From NCBI RefSeq assembly GCF_006345805.1, contig NC_043004.1:41912001-41976000 (forward strand): a stretch of DNA of 64,000 nt. The letters run 5' to 3'. The first letter of the stretch is position 1, and every line of letters begins with the position of its first letter. The position numbers and the translations under genes were made by a program. Source of the stretch: Octopus sinensis (lineage: Eukaryota). The notes beneath the pieces were generated by a model that made no database searches, had not been told where the DNA came from, and saw only the letters and a program-made list of their open reading frames with translations. Positions 27,965 to 40,880 of the stretch are shown piece after piece.

Positions 27965-28789
27965 AAGAATCAATATTGTGTTTGTAAAACTTCATCTTAT
28001 ATTTAGATGTTTGTTTTCCCTCGTCTATTCCATGTATTTGTGTATATTTATTGTTTATTTTATATTTAATCTATGTTTTTGTAGTTTTTACACATTTTTT
28101 TCTTACTTATTTGTTTTCTTCTTGGCTTTACATCTAATATTTTGTTTTCCGAATCTTTTTCTTTTTATATATATTATATTTCTCGTTTGTTTTCTTTAGT
28201 TCATTTTTCTTTCTTTTATTTTCGTGCTTGTTAGTTTTGTTTGTCATTTTTGCTAGTTTTGTTTGTTTATGTTTTAGCGATTTAACAACGTTTAAGATCA
28301 TTGCAGAAAACCATTTACGTCCTTAACTCTTCAGAATAAAGTAATTTAATTACTTACCATCGCAAAATCGATCTTTTCCCAATAGTATATATTCTCTCGT
28401 AATATAGTTTTGTTTATATATTTTTAAATCATTTGTTTTTGTTTGTCTTCTCCATCAAAGTACTTATTTCAAGCAATTTAAATATATATATAATATATAT
28501 ACTATATATATATATATATATATATACAGATACAGATACAGAGAGAGGAGAGAGAGAGAGAGAAGGAGGGAGGGAGAGAGAGTCAAATTCACTATTGATG
28601 TTCAAAGCCAATCCCACCTAACGCAGTTCAATCCCCCTTAATACTCGATATTTAACCAATCAATTTCATCAATTTCATCAAGTTCTTAATTTTCTTTTTG
28701 TGTGTCTTTGTGTTTAAATTTGTTTTTAATCGAAAAAAAATCTTGGCTGCAATTCTTCTTACTGTAAATAATATCGCTAACTTATATGC

Positions 28790-28846
<57 letters not shown>

Positions 28847-28851
28847 ATGAT

Positions 28852-28933
<82 letters not shown>

Positions 28934-29242
28934 ATTATATATATATATAATACACATATATATATATATATATATAATGTGTGTGTGTGTGTGTATCGAT
29001 TTAGAAAATATATTTTTCAACTACCGGTGTACACATATAACATGTATGTTACCATACATGTTCTGTCGAACGGAGCCATCTGTTCAAAATCGAGCATGAC
29101 TTGAATTTAATTACAAAATAAATAAGTTTTGTGAACGTGTTTGTGTGTGTGCGTGTGTGTATAGATATATAAAAATACATGCATATATATGTATATATAT
29201 ATATATATATATTATATATAATATATATATATATATTATATA

Positions 29243-29285
<43 letters not shown>

Positions 29286-30121
29286 GTGTGTGAGTGTGTG
29301 TGTGTGTGTGTGGTGTGGTGTGTTCTCAAAGGTACTACTATCCTCTATGTCCGAATGCAGGACTCAACGTGTTTCAACAGGCGCTGAAAAAAGTTCTGTA
29401 GATGTATAGGCTCGTTTTCTATTACACCAGCCAGAGCTGCTCTGCACCACCCACAAATGTAGGCGAGAAAAATTCCGCGCAGCTGGTCGAGTTGTTTAGT
29501 CAGATCTTGTGGCTCTAGGTTTGTAGTTTCTACCGTCCTCAATGTTCTTTATTTCGCTTCACCACGCCTCCTCTCTCTCCCTCTCCCTCCACCTCTCTCT
29601 GAAGCTCTCTCTCGAGCTCTCTCTTGAGCCAGATGTGATGACTTACTATCTCTGTCGTCAGTTTTCGAAGAGCAAAGATTTTCTGCTTTTTTCCTTGTCC
29701 AAGAAATCTGGGTTTCTAGTAAATTTTATGGACAGTGAGACAATACAATGCGAGGGTACTACCTTCTTTCTACTTTCTTAGACATAGTGTACGGCCCCTG
29801 AACAATAGATTCTTCACTGTGCTTTGAAACTGAATTCGCTCACTGAATTCGCTCACTAATTCCGCATGTAATAGGCTAATCACTATCGACTCAATCCAGC
29901 ATTTGTTTACGGAAGTTTTTGATTTTTATCTTTTTAAGTCTTCAGTTGCCAACAAAGTTCGTATTCTTCGAATTTGCTTATTTAAAAGGTTTTGAAATTA
30001 TCTCCTTGTCCTTGAGTAAAACTCTGGTTATCCACATGATACGTCCTGGGTAGTCTCCTTCTCTTTCCCTTTAAATGTGTCTGTTTGTTTGTGTGTGTTG
30101 GTGTGTTTCAGTGTTTCCCTT

Positions 30122-30225
<104 letters not shown>

Positions 30226-30230
30226 GAGAA

Positions 30231-30438
30231 CGCCATGTTGGATCGTTAGCCCCTACACGCATTTTTTCTCTCTCCTTTTTTCTCTCCTTGTTTCTTTCCT
30301 GTGTATCTTTCTGTCGAAGAGCGTAGGCTCGAAACGTAAAAGACTTGTTTTATTTATATTCCTGAGCGCCATACTAATACAATTGTTTGTTTGTACTCCA
30401 CCTGCCTTCGTCTTTTGCTTATTTTCGTAAACCTTCCC
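30231..30438 (+). mobile_element. 'gccatgatagatcg' element copy; HHR-like motif at 30306-30344
   Basis: TCTTT-CTGTCGA-A-GAGC-gtag-GCTC-GAA-ACGT-A-AAAGA. Confidence 0.8.
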
Positions 30439-30440
30439 GT

Positions 30441-30491
<51 letters not shown>

Positions 30492-31208
30492 GTGTGTGTG
30501 TGTATGCGTGTGTGTAAGCGTGCGTGAATATGTGCTGCGTTTATATTTGCGCTGTGTGTGCATGTGTGCTGTGTGTTTACGTGCGCATGTGATGTATATG
30601 CATAACGTGTGCATCCGTCTCGTAGTCGCAAAAGAAAATCATGCTCTTCAGTCTTGTGTGCCTATTCTTATTGTTATATCGCCCCACCTCATTCTACATG
30701 GAGCTGATTTATGGCACTCTGAATAAGGCTCAACTCAGAGTTTCTTTTCTCTAGTTACACCATCTCTTTACTACGCTGAGGGAGGATCATATTGCACACT
30801 CCGACATATGACTTCCTAGCAGAACAAGCCTTCCTTTCCGGCTTATCTTTAATTATATCAAAGGAACTTCAATGCCTGTGCAAGCGTTCATAAAATGTAG
30901 AGAGTTCGATTAGTTTGTTTCTCAGATTGAATTTCTGTAGATTGATCCCGGCAGGAAAACTGAGGACAGCGAATAAGTTCCAGGTTTAGAAACTTGTATA
31001 AGGTATGAATGATAAGAAAAATTACGAATGACTCATAGACATGACTGAAGCACTTTGCGTATTTTTAGTTCAGAGAATCATAATTCAATACAGAACAGTG
31101 AATGGATGAAAGACAACTGGTTGCTTGTTGAACAGTTTTTCCTATAAGCAGAAATTACTTTTTATACGGTCCCCTAGCAGCATCCACATCCAAGATGTGT
31201 AACAAGGT

Positions 31209-31510
31209 GGAGGAACATGGCCTAGTTGTTAGAGCAGCGGATCGCGGTCGAGGGATCGCGGGTTCGAATCTCAGATCGGATGATGTGTGTGTATTTATGA
31301 GCGAAACACCTAAGCTCCACGCGTCTCCGGCAGAAGGTAATGGCGAACTTCTGCTGACTCTTTCGCCACAACTTTCTCTCACTCTTTCCTCCTGCATCTT
31401 GCAGCTCACCTGCGACGGACCGGCGTCATGTCCAGGTGGGGAACCTATACGCCAAGAAACCGGGAAACCGGCCCTTATGAGCCCGGCATGGCTCGAGAAG
31501 GAACAAACAA
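31209..31510 (+). mobile_element. SINE family D, tail type 2 (...gggaaaccggcccttatgagcc)
   Basis: tRNA head tggcctagttgttagagcagcgg...ggttcgaatctc; homologous to 48802-49075. Confidence 0.9.
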
Positions 31511-32177
31511 CACGTGTAAGAAGCACTACAATTTTGATTTCATCTCTACAGAATGTCAGCAACTAATGAGATTTGAAATGTTTGTTGGTTCTAAAGAAGA
31601 ATCTTGACTTTGCAAATCAGTTTGAGTCAATTTATACATATGAAGGCAGTTTAGTGATTATTAGAGTATGTGAAACTAGATATTGTATTATGTTTCAGAG
31701 ATTTATTTGTTAATGAGCTGGAAAGGGAATATTTTGTTGCTTTCATACATGTAACTGTGATATATCGATGCCATTCTAGAACAATAAGGTGCCATGTTTC
31801 ATATCTGAGACGGCTTTCAAGATTTATGGAAGAAATTTAAGACCATGTATGCAATGATATAATAAAGAATGTTGATTTGTAATGCATAGGTACGTTAAGA
31901 CAGAAGGGTAGTAAGTTTGTGTTACAAGAAATATTCTATCCAATCTCAGAGAGACAGGTGTATCCCGTACGCTTGTAAGTATGTACTACACAAAGAAGGT
32001 TACCGAGAAGACACAGACGAATATTTTGCTAATATCATAAGCAAGAAGTTGCTTATATTATGTTCATTGAAAATGGTATAAAACGAACCAATTGAGCGCT
32101 TGGGTCGATTTAATCAGATTTCTCTTTCTCAAAAAATTTCGGGCCCTCTGACTATTCAAGAAAAAAAATATTTATCT

Positions 32178-32340
32178 ATTTTATTATTATTATTATTATT
32201 ATTATTCTTATCATCATCATCATCATCACCATCACCATCACTATCACCACCACCACCACCACCACCACCACCACCACCACCACCACCACCACCACCACCA
32301 CCATCACCATCACCATCACCATCATCATCATCATCATCAT
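32178..32340. repeat. Symmetric trinucleotide array (TTA)n-(TCA)n-(CCA)n-(TCA)n
   Basis: Direct reading. Confidence 0.95.
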
Positions 32341-32344
32341 CTTT

Positions 32345-33045
32345 GGAAGCGAATCTCACCTCGATTGAGCCGAAACGTCTTCCTCTGCGTATTTTATGTC
32401 ACACCAAATTGGTAGTAGGCACTTTTCGATGGCTCCTTAAATGTCGCCTCTATCCTTTTTGCTGCCAGGGACAGCGTTCTGTAGACTATTGTTTTGTGTT
32501 TTGTGCTGTACATCATTTCTTCTGGAGGAGTCAGCTTTATGGTCGCACCTTCTCTCTGCAATAGGCTTTTATATTTTGGGAGCTCGACCGGGCCGACTTG
32601 CACTGTTTCGCTAGTGACACCGGCCACGGACGCGTAATTCATTTTTTTCCTTCACCGTTCGGTATTTTAATTCGGAGGTCGGTTTTACTCTCCTCTACTA
32701 TGTGTTCGTCTTCTTTCGTTTGGCAAAAAATGGGAGGGTGGGTAACATTTGTTTCGCACAATTCCTCCAAGAAGTAGTCTGGAATTACATACTGGGAAAC
32801 GTCAACTTCCATGTTGTGCTAATGTGTAAAAAAATTTTCCAAAAAGGAACACAATTCGCCGCTAAGCAGTGAGAATTCGCACAAAAAAACGAACCTGCTA
32901 TAGCAGGCAATGTGTCTAAAACACACAGAAAACAGCAAAAGTTGTATAACAGTCCAAACGCACAACAGTAATTCCAAAAGGGAAAACCTACAATTAAACG
33001 AGAGCATCAGAAAAACACATCTCTTCAGTCTGCTGCCTCTTATAT
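32345..33045 (-). mobile_element. Probable 5' end (UTR and ORF1 start) of a Tx1/L1-type LINE, frameshifted
   Basis: ATG at 32812: MEVDVSQYVIPDYFLEEL..., then a frameshift to MNYASVAG...KIRRGRRFGSIEVRFASK; GC-richer than the flanks; cut off by the microsatellite. Confidence 0.5.
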
Positions 33046-33051
33046 ATATCG

Positions 33052-33660
33052 CTTGTGGGCATTTCACTCTTCTTTCGGTTCTGAGTTCAAATTCTGCCGA
33101 GGTCGCTCTTGCTTTTCAAATTTTCGGGGTCGATAAAATATGGACCAGTTAGACAATGAGGTTAATGTAAACGCCTAGGTACTTTTCGGTTTCAACGGCA
33201 GTTTTTAACATAATTTCTAGGTAACTAAAAAATTTTAAACTTCGTATACTGGTAGAATGTGTTTATAAAACATATATTTCTCTTGGCTTCATTGAGAAAA
33301 TTCTATAGTTTGTAAGATATTTGTTGTTTTTTTTCTTCAATTTCTGCAATTTCAACCAATCACTGACGTATATTGAGGTAAAATACATTCTGTGCCGTAT
33401 GAATATGTCCTTCGTTTAAGAAACAGATTGGGTTTATTTACATTTGTGAAGAAAAAAAAGATACCCTTCCCCCTAACCATAACCCTAACTAACCCTAATC
33501 TTAAAGCAGATTGAAATGCAATAGATCGATACTAGGATCATAATTATGGGTGACAATTTCATATGACACCGCTAGAAAAAACTGCCGTTCAAACCGAAAA
33601 GATCCAACGCCTAACCCACTGACCACAAATTTCAGGCCTTTTGCCTAAAACTGAGAGAAT
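33052..33660 (+). mobile_element. Family-B SINE interrupted by the MITE; another family-B fragment at 33660-33830
   Basis: ttctgagttcaaattctgccgaggtc...ggggtcgataaa before the MITE; tail resumes after the TSD. Confidence 0.7.
33178..33605 (+). mobile_element. MITE copy 2, 8-bp TSD aacgccta
   Basis: TIRs gg..cttttcggttt.aacggcag / ctgccgttcaaaccgaaaagatcc; TSD at 33170-33177 and 33606-33613. Confidence 0.92.
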
Positions 33661-34035
33661 TATTTCGTCCGTCTTTAACTTCTACGTTCAAATGCTGCCG
33701 AGGCCGACTTTCATCGTTTCTGGGTTGATGAAATATATACCAGTTGAATATTAGAGTCAATGTAATCAACTTACCCACTCCCCTAAAATTGATGACATTG
33801 CGCCAAAATTCAAAAGATTTATTATCATTAGTAGTATTATTACAGCTATTAACATTGCTGCTAGAGTTCTTGTTTCCCAGGCAACAGCTTCAAAGTGTTG
33901 TATTGACTTGAAGTCTATTTTGAAATTTGTTTTATTTTCGGAGTTGATTTTACTTATATTTTTATAATTCTTCCTAGTCGAATAATCTTTTGAGTAGCTT
34001 GATACCTCTATGTTCGTGCCTAAGTGTGCAGTGTA

Positions 34036-34066
<31 letters not shown>

Positions 34067-34112
34067 ACACACATACACACACACACACCACACGCACACA
34101 CACACACACACC

Positions 34113-34152
<40 letters not shown>

Positions 34153-34157
34153 CACAC

Positions 34158-34228
<71 letters not shown>

Positions 34229-34660
34229 TATATATATATATATGTATGTATATATGTATATATGTACGTGTATGTATGTGTCTCTGCGCGATTTCTATAC
34301 AGTATATTTGTTTTATTCTGGAATGCTGTTTCCCAAAACGAATATTTTTACAATGTCAATAATAGTTTCTTTTGATAATACCCAAAACTTATTTTCTAAA
34401 AGCAGAAGCTGTTGTCGATCGAATCGACGTAGAATATAATTTGCTGTTTGTTTTAACAGTGAAAAAAGCGATAAAAGGAAAATTTGACCCCCGACGGGAC
34501 TTGAACACAAATACACTGATATTCTAAAACTAAGCTCCGAATAGCATTTAAACTGGTTGCGGCATCACTTCTAGCTGCTCTGAAATCAATAACAAATGGT
34601 TTTCGTATCATTGAAGTTACTGGTGGCTAATTAAAGATTATCACTACCAAAACAATATAT

Positions 34661-34894
34661 ATATTTCTTTACTACCCACAAGGGGCTAAACACAGAGGGG
34701 ACAAACAAGGACAGACAAATGTATTAAGTCTATTATATCGACCCCAGTGCGTAACTGGTACTTATTTAATCGACCCCGAAAGGATGAAAGGCAAAGTCGA
34801 CCTCGGCGGAATTTGAACCCAGAACGTAGCGGCAGACGAAATACCGCAAAGCATTTCGCCCGGCGTGCTAAAGTTTCTGCCAGCTCGCCGCCCT
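34661..34894 (-). mobile_element. SINE family A with 14-bp TSD ccaaaacaatatat
   Basis: TSD at 34647-34660 and 34895-34908. Confidence 0.95.
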
Positions 34895-35035
34895 CCAAAA
34901 CAATATATTTGTTAACTGCACGCACCTCTGTAAATTATGATCCCTTCAGTTCAACTCGCAGAAACTCTTCTGCGACTCTGAGCCTTAATGTGTGCGTAAA
35001 AAGACTTGTATTCTCGACAATTTGTTAAAATCGCG

Positions 35036-35474
35036 GGATCTTTTCGGTTTGAACGGCAGCTTTTAACATAATTTCTAGGTAACTAAAAAATTTTAAACTT
35101 CGAATACTGGTAGAATGTGTTTATAAAACATCTTTTTCTCTTGGCTTTATTGAGAAAATTCTATAGTTTGTAAGATATTTCTTGTTTTTTTCTTCAATTT
35201 CTGCAATTTCAACCAATTAATGACGTGTATTGAGGTAAAAAAACATTCTGTGCCGTATGAATATGTCCTTCGTTTAAGAAACAGATTAGGTTTATTTACA
35301 TTTGTGAAGAAAAAAAAGATACCCTTCCCCCACCCCTAACCCTAACCCTAACCCTAACTAACCCTAACCCTAAAACAGATTGAAATGCAATAGATCGATA
35401 CTAGGGTCAAAATTATGGGTGACAATTTCATATGACACCGCTAGAAAAAACTGCCGTTCAAACCGAAAAGATCC
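35036..35474 (+). mobile_element. MITE copy 3, 8-bp TSD aaatc(g/t)cg
   Basis: TIR ggatcttttcggtttgaacggcag matched at both ends; (CCCTAA)n at 35334-35373. Confidence 0.95.
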
Positions 35475-35853
35475 AAATCTCGGGTAGTAGCTTTTTCATA
35501 CAAGGAGTTAAATTTAGTCACACACATGAACTGATTTATTCACGTACAACAAACCAAAGAAGTGAAAAACTTGCTATTTGACTTCTTGAGGTTATTGATC
35601 CTGTGGCTAATATTATTTAGGCGCAGGTCAGCCATTATTAATCAGGCTTACGATCAAATACTTCCCATGCTTGACCATCCCTTTATTTACACATTGTGTT
35701 AACTGAGGTACTTTCTCCAGTGAGTCCTTCCATTGTTTGAGAGAAACATGGCTGTTATTTTTAACAGGTAGGTTAACTCGCTGACTTGACCACTTAAAGG
35801 GTGAGTTTGGAAGTTGCTACTTTTGGTATATTTTATTGAGTAGTAGAGAAGCA

Positions 35854-36273
35854 GGAGCTTTTCGGTTTGAACGGCAATTTTTTCTAGCGGTGTCATATGA
35901 AATTGTCCCCCACAATTATGACCCAAGTATCGATCTATTGCATTTCAATCGGTTTTAGGGTTAGGATTAGGGGTGGGGGAAGGGTATCTTTTTTTTCTTC
36001 ACAAATGTAAATAAACCCAATCTGTTTCTTAAACGAGGGACATATTCATACGGCACAGAATGTTTTTTTTTACCTCAATGGACGTCAGTGATTGGTTGAA
36101 ATTGCAGAAATTGAAGAAAAACAACAACAAATATCTTACAAGCTATAGAATTTTCTCAATAAAGCCAAGAGAAAAAGATGTTTTATAAACACATTCTACC
36201 AGTATACGAAGTTTAACATTTTTTAGTTACCTAGAAATTATGTTAAAAACTGCCGTTCAAACCGAAAAGATGA
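35854..36273 (-). mobile_element. MITE copy 4, 8-bp TSD gagaagca
   Basis: TSD at 35846-35853 and 36274-36281. Confidence 0.93.
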
Positions 36274-36484
36274 GAGAAGCAGAAACGCAGGGGACAAATC
36301 AGATGTCTTAAATACTTTGTTTCAATATGTTACGAGATGTGGTTCAAGCTCCAGCTTGTTTGAATTTCGTACATATATATTTTATGATGATAAAATAAGC
36401 AGTATTTATTAACAAGTTGTACTCCGTCATCTTTACTTTCCTTCCCACACATTTATGATTTTTAACCAAGGTAAGATATTATAG

Positions 36485-36695
36485 AGCGGCGAGCCGGCAG
36501 GATCGTTAACGGGTCTGCCAAAATGCTTAGCGCATTTCTTCCGGCTTTTTACGTTCTCACTTCATCTACCACCGAAGTCGATTTTCCCTTCGGGGTCGAT
36601 AAATTTAGCACCGGTTGAGCACTGGCGCCGATATCATCGACTGCCGATTCTCTTTAAAAATTATTATCCGTGTGCCAAAATTTACAATCATTATA
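36485..36695 (+). mobile_element. SINE family B, diverged
   Basis: gcggcgagccggcaggatcgttaac head; gtgccaaaattt tail. Confidence 0.75.
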
Positions 36696-36854
36696 CAGTA
36701 ACGATTGTTACTTTTTAGTATCTCATCATGTCGGCTTTTAATCAGAAGTATTCCATCCATAAATATCAAATATTTATAACGATACGTACAAATTCTATTA
36801 TTTTCAGTCTCTTCAGTATTTAAGATAAGGTGAGACTTGAGGAGTATTTACTTG

Positions 36855-37273
36855 GGATCGTTTCGGTTTGAACGGCAGTTTTTCTAGCGGTGTCATATGA
36901 AATTGTTACCCATAATTATCACCCTAGTATTGATCTATTGCATTTCAATCTGTTTTAGGGTTAGGGTTAGAGGTGGGGGGAAAGGTATCTTTTTTTCTTC
37001 ACAAATGTAAATAGACCCAATCTGTTTCTTAAATGAGGGACATATTCATATGGCACAGAATGTTTTTTTTTACCTCAATAGACGTCAGTGATTGATTGAA
37101 ATTGCAGAAATTGAAGAAAGAAAACAACAAATATCTCAAAAACTATAGAATTTTCTCAATAAAGCCAAGAGAAAAAGATGTTTTATAAACACATTCTACC
37201 AGTATACAAAGTTTAAAATTTTTTAGTTACCCAGAAATTATGTTAAAAACTACCGTTCAAACCGAAAAGATCA
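36855..37273 (-). mobile_element. MITE copy 5, 8-bp TSD tttacttg
   Basis: TSD at 36847-36854 and 37274-37281. Confidence 0.93.
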
Positions 37274-37825
37274 TTTACTTGTTATAACTAGCAAACAGGT
37301 GACTTTATAATGGCTTTCTTTTTGGCTCTTTAGAGATGAGGATAAAGCATGAAAAGAACGCAAGTTTATTGATATGGAAGTCGTGTTTATTCAGTCATTT
37401 ATTTATTCACTTTTTTAAAACCAAAGTCATTCTGAACAAGCAGTCGTATGGCATGCTGATAGTTGACCCACATATGAAGCACAAACTATGAATCCATTTC
37501 CTTATGATTATGTTTGACATTCCGAAATGCAGTGATTATTCATATCGAGTGTAGCGTGACATTCAGTCTTGACATGATGTATTTTCTCGACTTGCCTGTC
37601 TATTCTAATATATCCAAGGCAGGTAACCTGGATTCAGTGTGCATATCTCTTGCTCATCTGGATTTCTTTATGGGAATGTGCAATCCTGCTACTGAAGCAT
37701 TAGAATTTGAAAATATTTCGGTATAAATGTTTGTTGCTGTACTTTTTTTGTTGTCTCGGTTGGATGGATGAAAAAGTGTTTTTAGGTTGTAGTACCCGCT
37801 ATGGTGTTGTATCTGCGAGCATTGA

Positions 37826-37883
<58 letters not shown>

Positions 37884-37977
37884 AGGGTAAAATTAATTAA
37901 TTAATAATTAATAATTCCACCAAGTAGTGATTCGGTATGTAAAAGACCATTATCGGTAAATTTAAACAATATTTATT

Positions 37978-38128
37978 ATAATAAGGGTTAGGCAAAAAAA
38001 CTTGCTTCACCACACACCAAGCTTTAGAAATAGCAGCCAAAAAAAACCCAGCTATTTCTTCTACTGTAAGAAGTCTATTTCTAAAGTTCGGTGTGTGCTG
38101 AAGCAAATTCTTTTGCCTAACCCTTATT

Positions 38129-38130
<2 letters not shown>
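37978..38130. repeat. Foldback inverted repeat, ~56-bp arms, between TA arrays
   Basis: ataataagggttaggcaaaa...cacacacc / ggtgtgtg...ttttgcctaacccttattat. Confidence 0.8.
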
Positions 38131-38161
<31 letters not shown>

Positions 38162-38178
38162 CATGAGAGAAAGAGGGA

Positions 38179-38219
<41 letters not shown>

Positions 38220-38887
38220 TGTGTGTGTTTGTTTTGAAATGTCTTTTCCAATTAGAGTCAGATCGTCAGGCCGAGAGTTCAGTTCAGGTGAAAAGAATGT
38301 TTTTTTAAATTTTGAATTACGGCTACAAGAATGTCATATCTCATGATAATATTCTCTTGTTACGCAAACGTAATTTTAATGCTGCTGATATTGTATTGTA
38401 CAATTTTTAGATTTATTTTTGCGTCACGTTTGCAAAGATTAACTTTGGGTATAAAGCTTTTGATTTTTAAACGCATTCTGTTGGGAAATTGTTCTACTGG
38501 AAATGGAACTAGTAACAAAAAATTCCGCAGATATCATTGCTGGATTTATTTTTTGTTGTTATCACCATTGTTCTTTCCATTTAAATGCGTGTGTATTTCT
38601 AGAGTATTTGTAAATCGTCTTGTTTGTTAATATTTATCACAATGTTTTACAGATTTGTTAGAAACTCGCCACTACGGATGTTTTAGATACCACTTTACAG
38701 AGATTCGGATAAATTTTTGTTCTCTGGCAGCATTCAAACATGATTGAGAAAATATATCTATATCGAGAAGTTAGCGTTCGATTGGCATTCAGCCGTGCCT
38801 ATCTTTTTTGGATTACAGACAAATGTATCATACATAACAATTATACCTAAAGCATTATTTTATAAAGCAATCAAAGGCATATAGAAA

Positions 38888-39020
38888 TATTGGTTTCAAA
38901 TTTTGGCACAAAGCCAGCGGTTTTAGAGAAGGTAATGTCGATTAAATCGGAACATAGAGACGGACAAAATGTCGCCAAGCATCGTCCTTGGTGTGTTAAA
39001 GATTCTGCCAACTTGACTCA
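38888..39020 (-). mobile_element. SINE family B fragment
   Basis: tattggtttcaaattttggcacaaagccag tail. Confidence 0.65.
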
Positions 39021-39069
39021 TTTTTATGCAGAAATATTGGCAATTAATAAGTATAAAATTTTTACACGT

Positions 39070-39254
39070 AGACACGGGGCTCCTCCATCGGTCATCCAAG
39101 CGGTGTCTCGTTTGCCCGATGTATGGAGTAGTGTAGAGAGCAGGAGATGCAGTAGATGATATTGGTAGAAGTGCAGGTGAAGGAGTCGGTGATGCGATAG
39201 GGGCGATGATGGCTGTCGGTGAGGAGGATGGTGTCAGAGAGTTATGGGCAAGTG

Positions 39255-39258
<4 letters not shown>
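39070..39258 (-). mobile_element. Penelope-like GIY-YIG endonuclease fragment
   Basis: Minus strand encodes [20 protein letters not shown]...YIGQT, typical of the Penelope GIY-YIG. Confidence 0.8.
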
Positions 39259-39333
<75 letters not shown>

Positions 39334-39486
39334 TATGTATTATATATATATATATACATATGTATATATATGTATATATATATGTATATATATACATATA
39401 TATATCCATGTATATATATATGTATATATATATGTATATACATGTATGTATATATATATGTATATATATATATGTTATATATATAT

Positions 39487-39778
39487 TAGGCGCTTGCCCT
39501 TACCTCTCTAACACCATTTTCCTCACCGTCATACATCATCGACCCTATCACATCACCGACTCCTTCACTTTGCCCTTCTCTATATATCGGGCAAACAGGA
39601 CACCGCTTGGCTGATCGGTTCGCGGAACACCCTGGTCTGGCAATGACACCCTCGGCAATGAAACCCTAGTCTCGCGCCATTTCCATTCTACCGGTCAATC
39701 TTTGCAACACGTGGCCGTGTTCGGATTGTCCTTGCACAGGTGCCATCCGGACTTCCGTTTGCGCCGTGAACAGGGATT
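39487..39778 (+). mobile_element. Penelope-like GIY-YIG endonuclease fragment
   Basis: ITDSFT...[17 protein letters not shown]...VSRHFHSTGQSLQHVAVFGL...RREQ. Confidence 0.85.
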
Positions 39779-39807
39779 ATATATATATATATATATATAC
39801 TTATATA

Positions 39808-39854
<47 letters not shown>

Positions 39855-39859
39855 GCGCA

Positions 39860-40226
39860 AGAAATAAAATACCGAATTTCCATATGTTTCCATTATACCA
39901 ATGCAAAGATTCAATCTCCTGACAAAAACGCCCAAAGAAGGCAAACTTGTTCATACAAAAGTACATACTACCCCTTAATATACAAACTAATCCTTACACA
40001 TCTCTACTTCAACAATTATACTGAGGAGGGTTTTGTCCTCCTTGCCACCTGTTGCCTCCCTTTTTCCCCCTCTCTGGACTCATTCTTACTTTTCAAGTAT
40101 TCCAAAATGGTGAGAGTCCTTCGTCACAAGAAAGGATTATTTCACAATGTCATTTGAAAAGCTAATTTAAATAGCAAAAACCGGTTGGATATCACTACAT
40201 TTTATGAGACTCTTACCATCCATAAA

Positions 40227-40228
<2 letters not shown>
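39860..40228 (+). mobile_element. Possible 3' end of a second PLE family
   Basis: ...VRVLRHKKGLFHNVI* resembles the PLE ORF terminus CRHKxKxLLxN; followed by a decayed HHR-like stretch and a TA array. Confidence 0.35.
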
Positions 40229-40315
<87 letters not shown>

Positions 40316-40501
40316 ATATATAATATATATATTATATATATATATATATAATTTTTTTTAAATAAAAATATATTAAACTATTTGAAACGAAGGCAATTCT
40401 CTTCCACTTTTTATATTTTTTCCACATATTTTGACTTCTACATACATACATACATACATACACACATATACACACATACACACATATACACACATGCATA
40501 T

Positions 40502-40536
<35 letters not shown>

Positions 40537-40538
<2 letters not shown>

Positions 40539-40700
40539 CGACGGGGTTCTTTCAGTTTCCCTCTACCAAGTCCACTCACAAGGCTTTGGGTGGCACGAGG
40601 GTATAGTAGAAGGCACTTGCTCAAGGTGCCACGAAGTGGGACTGATTTTGGGACCTTGTGGCTGGTTAGCAAACTACTTACCACACAGCCACCCTGCGCC
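40537..40700 (-). mobile_element. SINE family C, 5' half
   Basis: Head ggcgcagggtggctgtgtggtaagtag; ends at the internal TA linker. Confidence 0.88.
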
Positions 40701-40703
40701 TAT

Positions 40704-40747
<44 letters not shown>

Positions 40748-40784
40748 ATATATATATATAGATATATATAAATAGATAGATAGG

Positions 40785-40788
40785 TAGG

Positions 40789-40879
<91 letters not shown>
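40785..40879. repeat. (AGAT)n array
   Basis: Direct reading. Confidence 0.97.

Positions 40880-40880
<1 letters not shown>

Noticed and set aside
34455-34535. tRNA-like T-arm (gttcaagtcccgtcggggg) with downstream T-run on the minus strand
   Set aside because: No D-arm/A-box or cloverleaf could be built; not callable as a tRNA
35334-35373. (CCCTAA)n as a true or interstitial telomere
   Set aside because: Only a few units, embedded at the same place in each MITE copy
40145-40192. TTGAAAA-GCTA...TAGC-AAAAACCGGTT, a possible second U3-A8 HHR
   Set aside because: G12 missing, stem I not convincing and position 17 ambiguous
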